From Candidatus Zixiibacteriota bacterium (GTDB taxonomy: Bacteria > Zixibacteria > MSB-5A5 > DG-27): 64,000 bases of DNA. Positions within the stretch are counted from its first letter, which is position 1. The number at the start of each line of letters is the position of its first letter. Shown here piece after piece: positions 56,321 through 64,000 of the stretch. The stretch is taken from NCBI GenBank assembly GCA_030605835.1, contig JAUWHO010000023.1, positions 201,834 to 265,833 on the forward strand, read 5' to 3'. The translations under genes were made by a program, and so were the position numbers. The notes under the pieces are model-generated. The model was not told where the DNA came from. It did no database searches and worked only from the letters and a program-made list of their open reading frames with translations.

Positions 56321-57024
56321 TTTTCCTCCCTTATTTTTTTCTTCTTAGTTTTCTCAAAATCCCGAACAGGATCATCGCTGACCAACCCCATATCTATTGC
56401 GTAGCGCACTATTTGAGCACGCTGCCGTACACCTAGTTTCTCAGCAATATTGGCGCGATGATTCTCCACGGTTTTGTAGCTGATATTCAAGGTATCTGCG
56501 ATTTGCTGATAGTTCTTCCCTTCTCCTATGAGCTGCAAGATTTCTCTCTCCCTGGGAGTGAGGAGCTCGTAAGGGGAGCTTTCTGTTGCCATCTCCGTTG
56601 GATTAGTGAGTCTGTCAACCAGACCCCTGGAGACTGACGGAGACAGATATGACTTCCCCTCCGAGATAGCTTTGACCGCACCCACCAGTTCAGAGACGGC
56701 GCTGTCCTTCACCAAGTAACCCAGGGCCCCAGCCTTGAGCGACTTATAGACATACTCCTCGTTGGTATGTACGGTGAGGACCAGAATCTTGGCATCGGGA
56801 TACCTTCTTTTTATCTGAAAGATAGCCTCGAAGCCGTTTAAGTTCGGCATGCTGATGTCCATCAGGATGACGTCGGGCGTAACCTTCTGCAATGCTGCCA
56901 GAGCCTTTCGGCCGTCGGTGGCCTCCCCCACCACCTCGAAGTCGCGCTCCTTTTCGAGAATCATCTTTATCCCTTCTCGGACCAGCTCATGGTCATCGAC
57001 TAATAGAACTTTGACTTTGCTCAT
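56317..57024 (-). CDS. NarL/LuxR-family response regulator
   Basis: REC domain (VLLVDDHELV...DISMP) plus a LuxR HTH (EREILQLIGEGKNYQQIADTLNISYKTVENHR). Confidence 0.9.
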   Translation of the reverse strand: MSKVKVLLVDDHELVREGIKMILEKERDFEVVGEATDGRKALAALQKVTPDVILMDISMPNLNGFEAIFQIKRRYPDAKILVLTVHTNEEYVYKSLKAGALGYLVKDSAVSELVGAVKAISEGKSYLSPSVSRGLVDRLTNPTEMATESSPYELLTPREREILQLIGEGKNYQQIADTLNISYKTVENHRANIAEKLGVRQRAQIVRYAIDMGLVSDDPVRDFEKTKKKKIREEK

Positions 57025-60000
57025 CGGGTTCCCCCTCTGGAATTGGTATGGTTACTAATAGGGTTGTACCTTTTCCCTTATCGGATTGTATTTCGAGCTT
57101 CCCTCCCAAAAGAGAGGCCCGCTCTCTTATGTTGAAAACTCCGAATCCTCTTCTGGCGTCGGTGGACTTCAGCACCTTCTCAGCATCAATGCCGATTCCG
57201 TCATCTTTGATTTCCAGAGAACAGACGCTGTTCTTAACCTGCAGACTTATCCAGGCTTCGGTCGCCTTTGAATGCTTGGCAATGTTGTTGAGTCCCTCCT
57301 GGACGATTCTGTAAACCGTGATTTTCAAATCTGGAGTCAATCTTTTGGTATTACCCTGAGACCTGAAGTGCACCGGAATGGAGAGTTGCTGGGAGAAATC
57401 CTTGATGAACCAGCGAAGAGTGGGAATCAATCCCAAATCGTCCAGCATCGTTGGGCGGAGCTTCTGCCCGATTGAGCGAATCTCCTCCATGGTGTCAGCC
57501 ACCAGCTTGGAGGTCTGGCGGATCCTGCTTTTCAGCTCTTTCCGCCCCGGGGGGAGGGAGTTCTCGGCGAAATCGAGGTTCATTCTCATGGCGGTGAGGG
57601 ATTGCCCAACGCTGTCGTGAAGCTCCGCAGCGACTGCTTTCCTCTCTTTTTCCTGAAGTTGGATCATCTCCGACGCCAAACGTTCCAGATTCCTTTTCTT
57701 TTCCTCCACCTCCTGCGCCAATTCATACTTTTTAACTGCGGTGGCCACGTGGTTACCGATGGCGGCAAGGAAATCGACCTCCTCTTGGCGATATCTCCTA
57801 TTCCCTTCAGCGTGATAGAGACACAAAGCTCCCAAGCTCTCCTTCTCACACTCCAAGGGAGTGAACATACCCGCTTTCATTTTAGTTTTCATGGTATACT
57901 CGTGTTCGGAAGGAGTGGCCTCCTTAAATGTCTCGGGATTAAGGAACCTGATTTCCCCTTGCAGGCACACTGCCGACAGATTAGGGAATTTGGCCAACTC
58001 TATTCTTTCTCCAATCACTGGGAAGGGCTTAACCTTCTTGGCGTGAAAAGCCTTCACCACTGCAAAATTCCTGGTCTCATCAAGTAGAGTCACAGCGCAA
58101 CGGTCGGCGCTAAAATTGTCCGCGACCAGTTTGACGATTTGCGCAAGGAAGCCGTCGAGGTCGGTGTATTCTGTTGCGGCCCTGCTTATGCTCAAATAGG
58201 TTGAAAGCCTCTTATTCCAGCTGGCCAGTTTCTTGGCCTGTTCGCTGGTATTCTGGAAAAGCTGTGCGTTCTCGATTGCTATCCCTACCTGGTTTCCGAT
58301 GGCAGCTGCCATCCTTTCCAAGAAGGGATCTAATCTCACCTCCTCTCGACTTACCAGGTTTAAGACCCCGATCGTTTCCCCTCTCGCAGTTACCGGAATG
58401 CAGGTAAGAGCCTTTAACCTCTGCTGATAGAAAAACTTGTGGACTTTCTTCCTCCGCGCGGCGTTTAGCTTATCATAGGAGATGACTTTGCCGCTCTTGA
58501 AGCACCGGCCAGTTAAGCTCTGTTGGACCTGGAAGGTGACCTCCTTGAGCTTCTCAGCAGTTGCCTTGGTGGTGTTATAAGTCGACCTGAGTTCCAGCCT
58601 TCTCTCAGTTGGATTATGCAAATAGACAGCGGCCATCTGAAAGCCTAAGGCCATACAGGTCTCCCGCATGACACTTCTCAGAACTTCGTCTAAGTCTAAG
58701 GAGCTATTCACGATCTCGGAGATCTCGCTGAGGAGCTTGCTGGCGGTTATATCTTCCACGCTGCCTTCATAGTACAGGGTGTTACCATCACCATCCCGGA
58801 TCGCCCTGGCGTTTTCTCGCACATATAAGGTCGAACCATCCGCTCTAATCCATGCAGACTCCAATCCAACGACCTCTCCTTTGGTTTCAATGAGATCTGC
58901 GAACATCGATCGAGGAGATGCCGGTCCAAATCCCGATTCTTCCAAATTGCGGTGGGAGAGTACATCCAAAGTTGAATACCCCAACATATTCAGCAACGCC
59001 GGGTTGGCCATAAGAATCCGTCCGTCTGGCGTAGTCCGATACAAGCCGATCAATGAATCCTCGAAGACTCTACGGTATTTCTCCTCACTTTCCTGCAGTG
59101 CTTCCTGCTTCCGTTTCAGAGCTTGGTGGATGGAGGCGTTTTCGATGGCTATCCCCACCTGATTTCCGATGGCAGAGGCCAACCTTTCCAAAGAGGGCTC
59201 CAACCTCACCTCCTGCCGACTTACCAAAGCCAACAGACCGATTTTCTTCTCCTTTGCTACTACCGGGATATAGGCCGCCGATTTCAGCTTCAGGTCGTAA
59301 AAGATCTTGTGGATTCTGCTTTTCTCCTTTGGGCCCACTTTATGAAAGGAGGTGATTTTGCCCAACTTAAAAGACTGTCCTCCAAAAGCATCGTGCAAGT
59401 GAAAGCCAAGCTCCTTGACGTTTCGGGTACCTGGCATCGTCCCCTTATAGCTGGAGACCATGTCCAGTGTTTTCTCCCTGGAGTTGTAGAGGAACATGGC
59501 AGCGGCCTGGTAACCTAAAACCTTGCAAGTCTCTCGCATGATGCTGCTTAAGACTTTATCGAAGTCTAGAGAACTATTCACAATATTGGAGATGTCGTTG
59601 AGGAGCTTAGACTCCAAGTTGGACTGGAGGAGTTCCTCTTCCTTTTCCAGAAGCTCCTGGTTTTTCCTCCGGAGGGTCTCTTGGTCCCTTTCCAAAGCCT
59701 GATGAACGGTGGCTCTCTTATAGGCAATGGCAGCTTGCTGGCCCAAATTAGTCAGAAGTTGCCCATCCAGTTCGGCGAAGTCGGGATCTTGACCTCTTCT
59801 TCCGACTGACAGGACCCCTACCGGCTCACCGTCCAAGAGGAGAGAGACCGACAGAAGTTTCGTGATTTTCAGTCTCAAGGTTGCTGGGTGGATCCCTTCG
59901 GAGAGATCGTCGTCAGCTTGGATATCGTTTGAGTAAATCGGCTTTCGCAATGTCCAGGCCTTGCCGGTCACGCCCTTACCGATCTTTACTCTTATTCTTC

Positions 60001-60226
60001 TCCGATCCTTCCGCCGAACCCTGGAATCGGTTTTAGGAATCAGATAACCATTGCCATCGGGGACAAATAACGCACAACCGACGCCTCCGAAGATGCTCTG
60101 AATCTCCTTGACCAGGAGTCTTTCTATCTTCTCCAAATCAACATTGGAGAGAATCGCCGTGGAGAGCTTGTTTAGAGCCTCTAATTGTTGTTGATAGCTG
60201 CTGGCCACTCCTTCGCCCTTTTTCAT
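56993..60226 (-). CDS. Multi-domain sensor histidine kinase (4xGAF + PAS + HisKA_3 + HATPase_c; NarX-like core)
   Basis: HisKA_3 H-box ELHDSVGQSLTAMRM and HATPase_c motifs (EGLNNIAKHS, DDGIGI, GFGVFNIRERASLLGG). Two of the GAF domains are paralogous copies. 32-bp overlap with the response-regulator gene. Confidence 0.85.
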   Translation of the reverse strand: MKKGEGVASSYQQQLEALNKLSTAILSNVDLEKIERLLVKEIQSIFGGVGCALFVPDGNGYLIPKTDSRVRRKDRRRIRVKIGKGVTGKAWTLRKPIYSNDIQADDDLSEGIHPATLRLKITKLLSVSLLLDGEPVGVLSVGRRGQDPDFAELDGQLLTNLGQQAAIAYKRATVHQALERDQETLRRKNQELLEKEEELLQSNLESKLLNDISNIVNSSLDFDKVLSSIMRETCKVLGYQAAAMFLYNSREKTLDMVSSYKGTMPGTRNVKELGFHLHDAFGGQSFKLGKITSFHKVGPKEKSRIHKIFYDLKLKSAAYIPVVAKEKKIGLLALVSRQEVRLEPSLERLASAIGNQVGIAIENASIHQALKRKQEALQESEEKYRRVFEDSLIGLYRTTPDGRILMANPALLNMLGYSTLDVLSHRNLEESGFGPASPRSMFADLIETKGEVVGLESAWIRADGSTLYVRENARAIRDGDGNTLYYEGSVEDITASKLLSEISEIVNSSLDLDEVLRSVMRETCMALGFQMAAVYLHNPTERRLELRSTYNTTKATAEKLKEVTFQVQQSLTGRCFKSGKVISYDKLNAARRKKVHKFFYQQRLKALTCIPVTARGETIGVLNLVSREEVRLDPFLERMAAAIGNQVGIAIENAQLFQNTSEQAKKLASWNKRLSTYLSISRAATEYTDLDGFLAQIVKLVADNFSADRCAVTLLDETRNFAVVKAFHAKKVKPFPVIGERIELAKFPNLSAVCLQGEIRFLNPETFKEATPSEHEYTMKTKMKAGMFTPLECEKESLGALCLYHAEGNRRYRQEEVDFLAAIGNHVATAVKKYELAQEVEEKKRNLERLASEMIQLQEKERKAVAAELHDSVGQSLTAMRMNLDFAENSLPPGRKELKSRIRQTSKLVADTMEEIRSIGQKLRPTMLDDLGLIPTLRWFIKDFSQQLSIPVHFRSQGNTKRLTPDLKITVYRIVQEGLNNIAKHSKATEAWISLQVKNSVCSLEIKDDGIGIDAEKVLKSTDARRGFGVFNIRERASLLGGKLEIQSDKGKGTTLLVTIPIPEGEPDEQSQSSISR
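58252..58735. repeat. Intragenic direct repeat, copy A (GAF-domain duplication, aa ~498-658 of the kinase)
   Basis: LLSEISEIVNSSLDLDEVLRSVMRETC...AIGNQVGIAIENAQLFQ is about 55-60% identical to copy B; DNA-level similarity is visible. Confidence 0.7.
59122..59605. repeat. Intragenic direct repeat, copy B (GAF-domain duplication, aa ~208-368 of the kinase)
   Basis: LLNDISNIVNSSLDFDKVLSSIMRETC...AIGNQVGIAIENASIHQ. Confidence 0.7.
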
Positions 60227-60255
60227 ATTAAATCCAATGAAATAACTCTTTCTTC

Positions 60256-60283
60256 AATTTAATAAACTCTTGGACTTTGTCAA
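60256..60283 (-). promoter_or_regulatory. Putative sigma70-type promoter for the kinase/regulator operon (TTGACA-16-TAAATT)
   Basis: The reverse complement of 60256-60283 reads TTGACAaagtccaagagtttatTAAATT. Confidence 0.35.
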
Positions 60284-60356
60284 TAGTTTCTTTTGTAGCT
60301 CGCTTTCAAGTTGCCGGATGGAAAAGCGCTTTCAGGAGCCTGCGAATGAGCGCTTC

Positions 60357-62144
60357 TCAGCTCTGATCGCTGATGTTCCCCAAGGACTCAACCCGCCCCA
60401 GCAACCTCGGCTCCACCAGAATGCTCTCCTCCTGCTGGACTAAGACCAACCCTGGCTTAGCTTTCCTCGGTTTACGGAGATGTTTCACTAAGGTGTAGGA
60501 GACCGATACCTTACTGGAGGTCCTCTGCTTACTGAAATAAGCCGCCAGGGAGGCGGCCTCCTCAACAGAGGCCTTCGAGGGTTGACTCTTTTTGCGGGGA
60601 CGTTTCAAAACGACGTGGGAGCCATGAGCCCCGCGGGCGTGAAACCAGATGTCCTCCCTGGAGGCCATCTTAAAGGTCAGATAATCGTTTTCCTTAGCAC
60701 TCTTCCCCACCAGCACCCTCCAGCCATCCGAGGTCACAAACTCGCGGGGGCGAAATCCAGTCCTCACCTTTCCCTTGACAGAAGTCCTTTTCGTCTCCCG
60801 GGGAGTATCGGTAATGCCGAGAGGAGCCAATTGCCTTTTCAAATTCAGAAGAAGATACTCGGCGGGCTCGGATTCTAAGCTCTCTTGGGCTCTCTCCAGG
60901 ATCTCAAGCTCGGAGCTGATCTTCTGCAGTTGCGCTTGCAGTTTCTTTTCACCGGCGACGGCCTTGCGGAATTTCTTGTAGTACCATCTGGCATTCTCCA
61001 GAATGTTCATTTTCGGGTCAAGGCCGACGGTGACAGCCTCCGGGGGCACCTTGAAGATATTGTCGACGGTGATCTCCTTTCGGCCTCTCTTCTTTTTATC
61101 GTGCTGGAGCATCAAAAGGTCGCCACAGATCTTATAGAGCTCTCTTTGTTGCGACTCGGAAAGCCTTTGCTGAAGCAGTTCTTTTCGCCTTCTCGTTTTA
61201 GCAGCTAGACCACTGACCTTACGGGTCAACATCGACCACCGTCTCTGGAGCTCTCTTGTCTTGATGAAGCGTCGATAGAAAAAGGTCGTGGCTTCAAGCA
61301 AAGAGGGGAAGCGTCTGGTCAACTTCTCAGGAGCATCAATCGGGATGTAGAACAGAAGCTCCTTTGGATTACCTTCCCGGTCTATAATTACGGCGGCGTT
61401 CTCCTTCTCTGAAGGTGAGGGGCAGTAGAGTCGCTCGACGGCTCGGCATAGGGCGATCAAATCTTCCCTTGAGAGTTCTCCGACCTTCGCTCCCAAACCA
61501 ATCCCTGTCCGAGCCGCTATCTCCTTAATGATTGAGTCGTTGAGTCCCCAGATGTTGGAGGCGAGCAGGCCCTTAAAACTCTTGCCCGGCTCTCTCCCGA
61601 TCAGAGATGAGAGCTTCTCGAAGTCAAGTTCCAGGGGGGAGAGCTTATCCTGCTTGGGGAGGGGAGAGTATAGCTTACCGGGGGCAACCTCTCGACCCCT
61701 TTTCTTGCCGGCCCTGACGACCCGCAAGCACTGGGAGATTTTACCGCTCTTGGCCTCGACAAGGATGAGGTTGGCTTGAGGACCGGTCAGCTCCAGAATT
61801 AGTCGATAATGCTTCCTTTCGCTAATCTCGGTTGCTTTTTCGACTGAGAACTCTAAGGCGCGATCGAAGCCGAGCCGAGAGAGCTCTGTTATCTGTCCTC
61901 CCTGAATAGAGGTGAGCAGGTGTGAGCCCCCCTCCCAGTTTGGTTCGGTTTTCTCCAAAAGCTCCACCCGGCAAAACTCCGGATGGGCAGAGAGCAAAAG
62001 GTATTTCCGTCTCTTCCGCTGTTGTATCTCCAGAATGGCAGTCTTCTCCGCAGCGATGGTGAATACCTCCTTTATCCTCCAACCCAGGATGGTTCCCTGC
62101 AACTCGGAAGCCAAGAGATGTACGTGAGAGGCGGTCAGGATCAT
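60357..62144 (-). CDS. rqcH: RqcH / NFACT-family protein (Rqc2 homologue; FbpA-like N-terminus + DUF814)
   Basis: An NFACT-N-like N-terminus, a central coiled-coil, and C-terminal DIWFHARGAHGSHVVLK (DUF814 / NFACT-R hallmark). Confidence 0.75.
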   Translation of the reverse strand: MILTASHVHLLASELQGTILGWRIKEVFTIAAEKTAILEIQQRKRRKYLLLSAHPEFCRVELLEKTEPNWEGGSHLLTSIQGGQITELSRLGFDRALEFSVEKATEISERKHYRLILELTGPQANLILVEAKSGKISQCLRVVRAGKKRGREVAPGKLYSPLPKQDKLSPLELDFEKLSSLIGREPGKSFKGLLASNIWGLNDSIIKEIAARTGIGLGAKVGELSREDLIALCRAVERLYCPSPSEKENAAVIIDREGNPKELLFYIPIDAPEKLTRRFPSLLEATTFFYRRFIKTRELQRRWSMLTRKVSGLAAKTRRRKELLQQRLSESQQRELYKICGDLLMLQHDKKKRGRKEITVDNIFKVPPEAVTVGLDPKMNILENARWYYKKFRKAVAGEKKLQAQLQKISSELEILERAQESLESEPAEYLLLNLKRQLAPLGITDTPRETKRTSVKGKVRTGFRPREFVTSDGWRVLVGKSAKENDYLTFKMASREDIWFHARGAHGSHVVLKRPRKKSQPSKASVEEAASLAAYFSKQRTSSKVSVSYTLVKHLRKPRKAKPGLVLVQQEESILVEPRLLGRVESLGNISDQS

Positions 62145-62333
62145 AGTGAATTCTCAGTCAGTGATAGCCAGGCTCTCGTAAATATAACTAAGCCGTCCGG
62201 CCGAAGCCATATCTTAATTATATGAACATGCTCACCCCCCAACCTCTGTTTATGCCCTCCCGAAGTCACTGGGAGATCAGCAACTAAAGCCCGATCAGGG
62301 ACTCACAATTGTCATTTTTTTTTGCTATTTCAC

Positions 62334-62362
62334 TTGCAATTTCGAGCCTGTCATGTTAAATT
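62334..62362 (+). promoter_or_regulatory. Putative promoter upstream of dciA-like/gyrB (TTGCAA-17-TAAATT), preceded by a T9 tract
   Basis: ttgcaatttcgagcctgtcatgttaaatt. Confidence 0.3.
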
Positions 62363-62487
62363 ATCTTATTAATCTATAGTGACTTAAGCCGGTTTCCCGG
62401 AGGTCGAAAATAATTAAAGGAAACTCTTTTGAAGCCTTAGGGGAAATCCTCTCCCGCACTCTCAAGGGCGCGGGATATCAGGCTAGA

Positions 62488-62709
62488 TTGCTGGAACTTA
62501 CGGCGGTTCAGAAGTGGAATGAGGTTTGCGGAGAGGGAATCTCTAAGGTGTCGGAGGCATACAAGATCGAGGATTCCAAGCTCTTTGTGAGGGTGGAGTC
62601 CGCGCCCTGGAGAAACGAACTTCTATACCTCAAGCCTCGGCTGATTAGCGAATTGAACCGGCTAATCGGTGAAGAGGTAGTCAAGGACATAGTCTTTACA
62701 CAGGCCTAG
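62488..62709 (+). CDS. DUF721 (DciA-like) protein; start uncertain, the frame is open from 62383
   Basis: ...LLELTAVQKWNEVCGEGISKVSEAYKIEDSKLFVRVESAPWRNELLYLKPRLISELNRLIGEEVVKDIVF fits the DUF721 pattern. Located immediately upstream of gyrB. Confidence 0.5.
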   Translation: MLELTAVQKWNEVCGEGISKVSEAYKIEDSKLFVRVESAPWRNELLYLKPRLISELNRLIGEEVVKDIVFTQA

Positions 62710-62731
62710 CAGCTGAAGGAAGAGCTTTGAG

Positions 62732-64000
62732 ATGACAAGAACTGGAATTCCTGAAGGAGCCCTTACGAGGGAAGAAGAAATTACGAAGGCAGTCGAGCCC
62801 GGCGCATACGATGCCTCCACCATTCAGGTTCTGAAAGGGTTGGAGGCCGTCAGGCGAAGACCGGCGATGTATATCGGGGATGTCTCCGCCAGAGGCTTAC
62901 ACCATCTGGTTTACGAGGTGGTCGACAACTCCATCGACGAAGCCATGGCCGGCTTTTGCGATTACATAAAAGTATCCCTCGACAAAGAGGGCACTGTCAC
63001 CGTTTACGATAACGGTCGTGGCATTCCGGTGGACAAGCATCCCACTCAAAACAAACCCGCCCTGGAAGTCGTAATGACGATGCTTCACGCCGGGGGGAAA
63101 TTCGACCACCAGACCTATAAAGTCTCAGGCGGCCTGCACGGAGTCGGGGTCTCGGTCGTGAACGCTCTTTCCGAATGGTGCCAGGTGGAGGTCAGTCGTG
63201 ATGGCACCGTTTACTTCCAGAGATATGAGCGCGGCGAGGCGACCACCCCGGTAAAGAAAATCGGCAAAAAGAAACAGTCCGGCACCAAGACCACCTTCAT
63301 GCCCGACCCCCTGATCTTCAAGAAGAGGGATTTCTCCTATGATACCGTCGCCGGTCGGTTGAAGGAGCTGGCCTTCTTGAACGCCGGGCTGAAGATAGAT
63401 TTCGTCGACGACAGGGACGGAAAGTCGGAATCCTTTCTCTACAAGGGAGGGCTTTCCGCTTTCGTGAAGTACTTAAACGAGAACAAGGATCCGCTCTATC
63501 CTAAGCCGATCTCTTTTTCCACCACCAAAGATACGACTGATGTTGACATCGCTATTCAGTATTGCGACGGGTACGCCGAGAATATCTTCACCTACGTAAA
63601 CAACATCAACACCCTGGAGGGGGGAACCCACCTGGTGGGATTCAAATCCGCCCTAACCCGGACCATCAACGAATACGCTAAGAAGAATAACCTCCTCAAG
63701 AACGGTGACCCCCCATTGCAGGGAGAGGACTGTCGGGAGGGGATTACCGGAGTGATCTCGGTGAAGATCCCCGAGCCTCAGTTCGAAGGCCAGACCAAGA
63801 CCAAACTGGGCAACTCCGAGATCAAGGGGATCGTGGAGTCGATCGTCGGGGAGGGTTTGGGAACCTTCTTCGAGGAGAACCCTTCGGTTGCAAGAAAGAT
63901 CGTGGAGAAAAGCCGGGGCGCCGCCCGCTCCCGGGAGGCCGCCAGGAAGGCCAGAGAGTTGGTCCGCCGCAAGTCGGCACTTGAATCTTCCGGCCTGCCG
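62732..64000 (+). CDS. gyrB: DNA gyrase subunit B (3'-truncated by the window end)
   Basis: YDASTIQVLKGLEAVRRRPAMYIGD...LHHLVYEVVDNSIDEA...GRGIPVD; gaagga RBS. Confidence 0.95.
   Translation, partial: MTRTGIPEGALTREEEITKAVEPGAYDASTIQVLKGLEAVRRRPAMYIGDVSARGLHHLVYEVVDNSIDEAMAGFCDYIKVSLDKEGTVTVYDNGRGIPVDKHPTQNKPALEVVMTMLHAGGKFDHQTYKVSGGLHGVGVSVVNALSEWCQVEVSRDGTVYFQRYERGEATTPVKKIGKKKQSGTKTTFMPDPLIFKKRDFSYDTVAGRLKELAFLNAGLKIDFVDDRDGKSESFLYKGGLSAFVKYLNENKDPLYPKPISFSTTKDTTDVDIAIQYCDGYAENIFTYVNNINTLEGGTHLVGFKSALTRTINEYAKKNNLLKNGDPPLQGEDCREGITGVISVKIPEPQFEGQTKTKLGNSEIKGIVESIVGEGLGTFFEENPSVARKIVEKSRGAARSREAARKARELVRRKSALESSGLP

Noticed and set aside
62145-62333. AT-rich spacer between rqcH and the dciA-like gene as an oriC with DnaA boxes
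   Set aside because: No TTATCCACA-like boxes seen by eye. Only a T9 tract and a promoter-like element are present, so the origin is not called.
1-64000. tRNA/rRNA genes and mobile elements
   Set aside because: No T-loop-like GGTTCGANTCC motifs in intergenic DNA, no rRNA-like stretches, and no transposase, integrase or terminal inverted repeats recognised. None are claimed.

Overview
This is a 64-kb chromosomal window of about 55% GC. It carries at least six proteins with Type IX secretion (T9SS) C-terminal sorting domains, a 14-blade LVIVD-repeat β-propeller protein and an RqcH homologue, so the organism is most likely an uncultured member of the Fibrobacteres-Chlorobi-Bacteroidetes (FCB) group. 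Gene content runs as follows. Positions 1-10.25 kb hold a minus-strand Wzx/Wzy-type glycan (EPS or O-antigen-like) locus with GT2, GT1, QxxRW-GT2, a UDP-sugar epimerase, a CapK-like ligase, a Wzy-like protein, GT1 and a Wzx flippase, and it continues past the window start. At 10.4-13.5 kb sit two secreted T9SS cargo proteins (one with BNR repeats) and a BsuPI-like inhibitor lipoprotein. At 13.7-15.5 kb a low-GC island carries an overlapping DUF4258 / YgiT-Zn-ribbon pair (a putative toxin-antitoxin) directly followed by RNA 3'-phosphate cyclase RtcA with no RtcB or RtcR. This is the most unusual module in the window. From 15.7 to 34 kb come core metabolism and signalling genes: gdhA, a GAF histidine kinase with a CheY-like regulator, tdh-kbl, dcd-porGDAB, malic enzyme, a 907-aa GlcD/GlcF-like fusion with corrinoid adenosyltransferase, trxB and a REC-GAF-HD-GYP regulator. 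At 34.3 kb there is an M14-peptidase/T9SS pseudogene interrupted at a G9 tract, followed by the LVIVD propeller protein. From 37.7 to 46.9 kb lie an acyl-CoA synthetase, manC, a SPOR protein, the tsaC / LMW-PTP pair, a deoxyhypusine-synthase-like protein, a fused FtcD and a PHP phosphoesterase. From 46.9 to 51.8 kb a HEXXH/T9SS protease is translationally coupled to an ECF-S-like membrane protein and followed by a TonB-dependent receptor. The final stretch holds a retropepsin-like protease pair, an HD hydrolase, a YfiM-like lipoprotein, an MFS transporter, a NarL/NarX-like system whose kinase has an internal GAF duplication, rqcH, and a DUF721 (DciA-like) gene ahead of gyrB, which is cut by the window end. 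Short tandem heptanucleotide arrays of two consensus families (TCCTRTY and CCAYTCA / GTGARTG) recur in at least seven intergenic or 3'-end positions. I found no CRISPR array, tRNA, rRNA or transposase.
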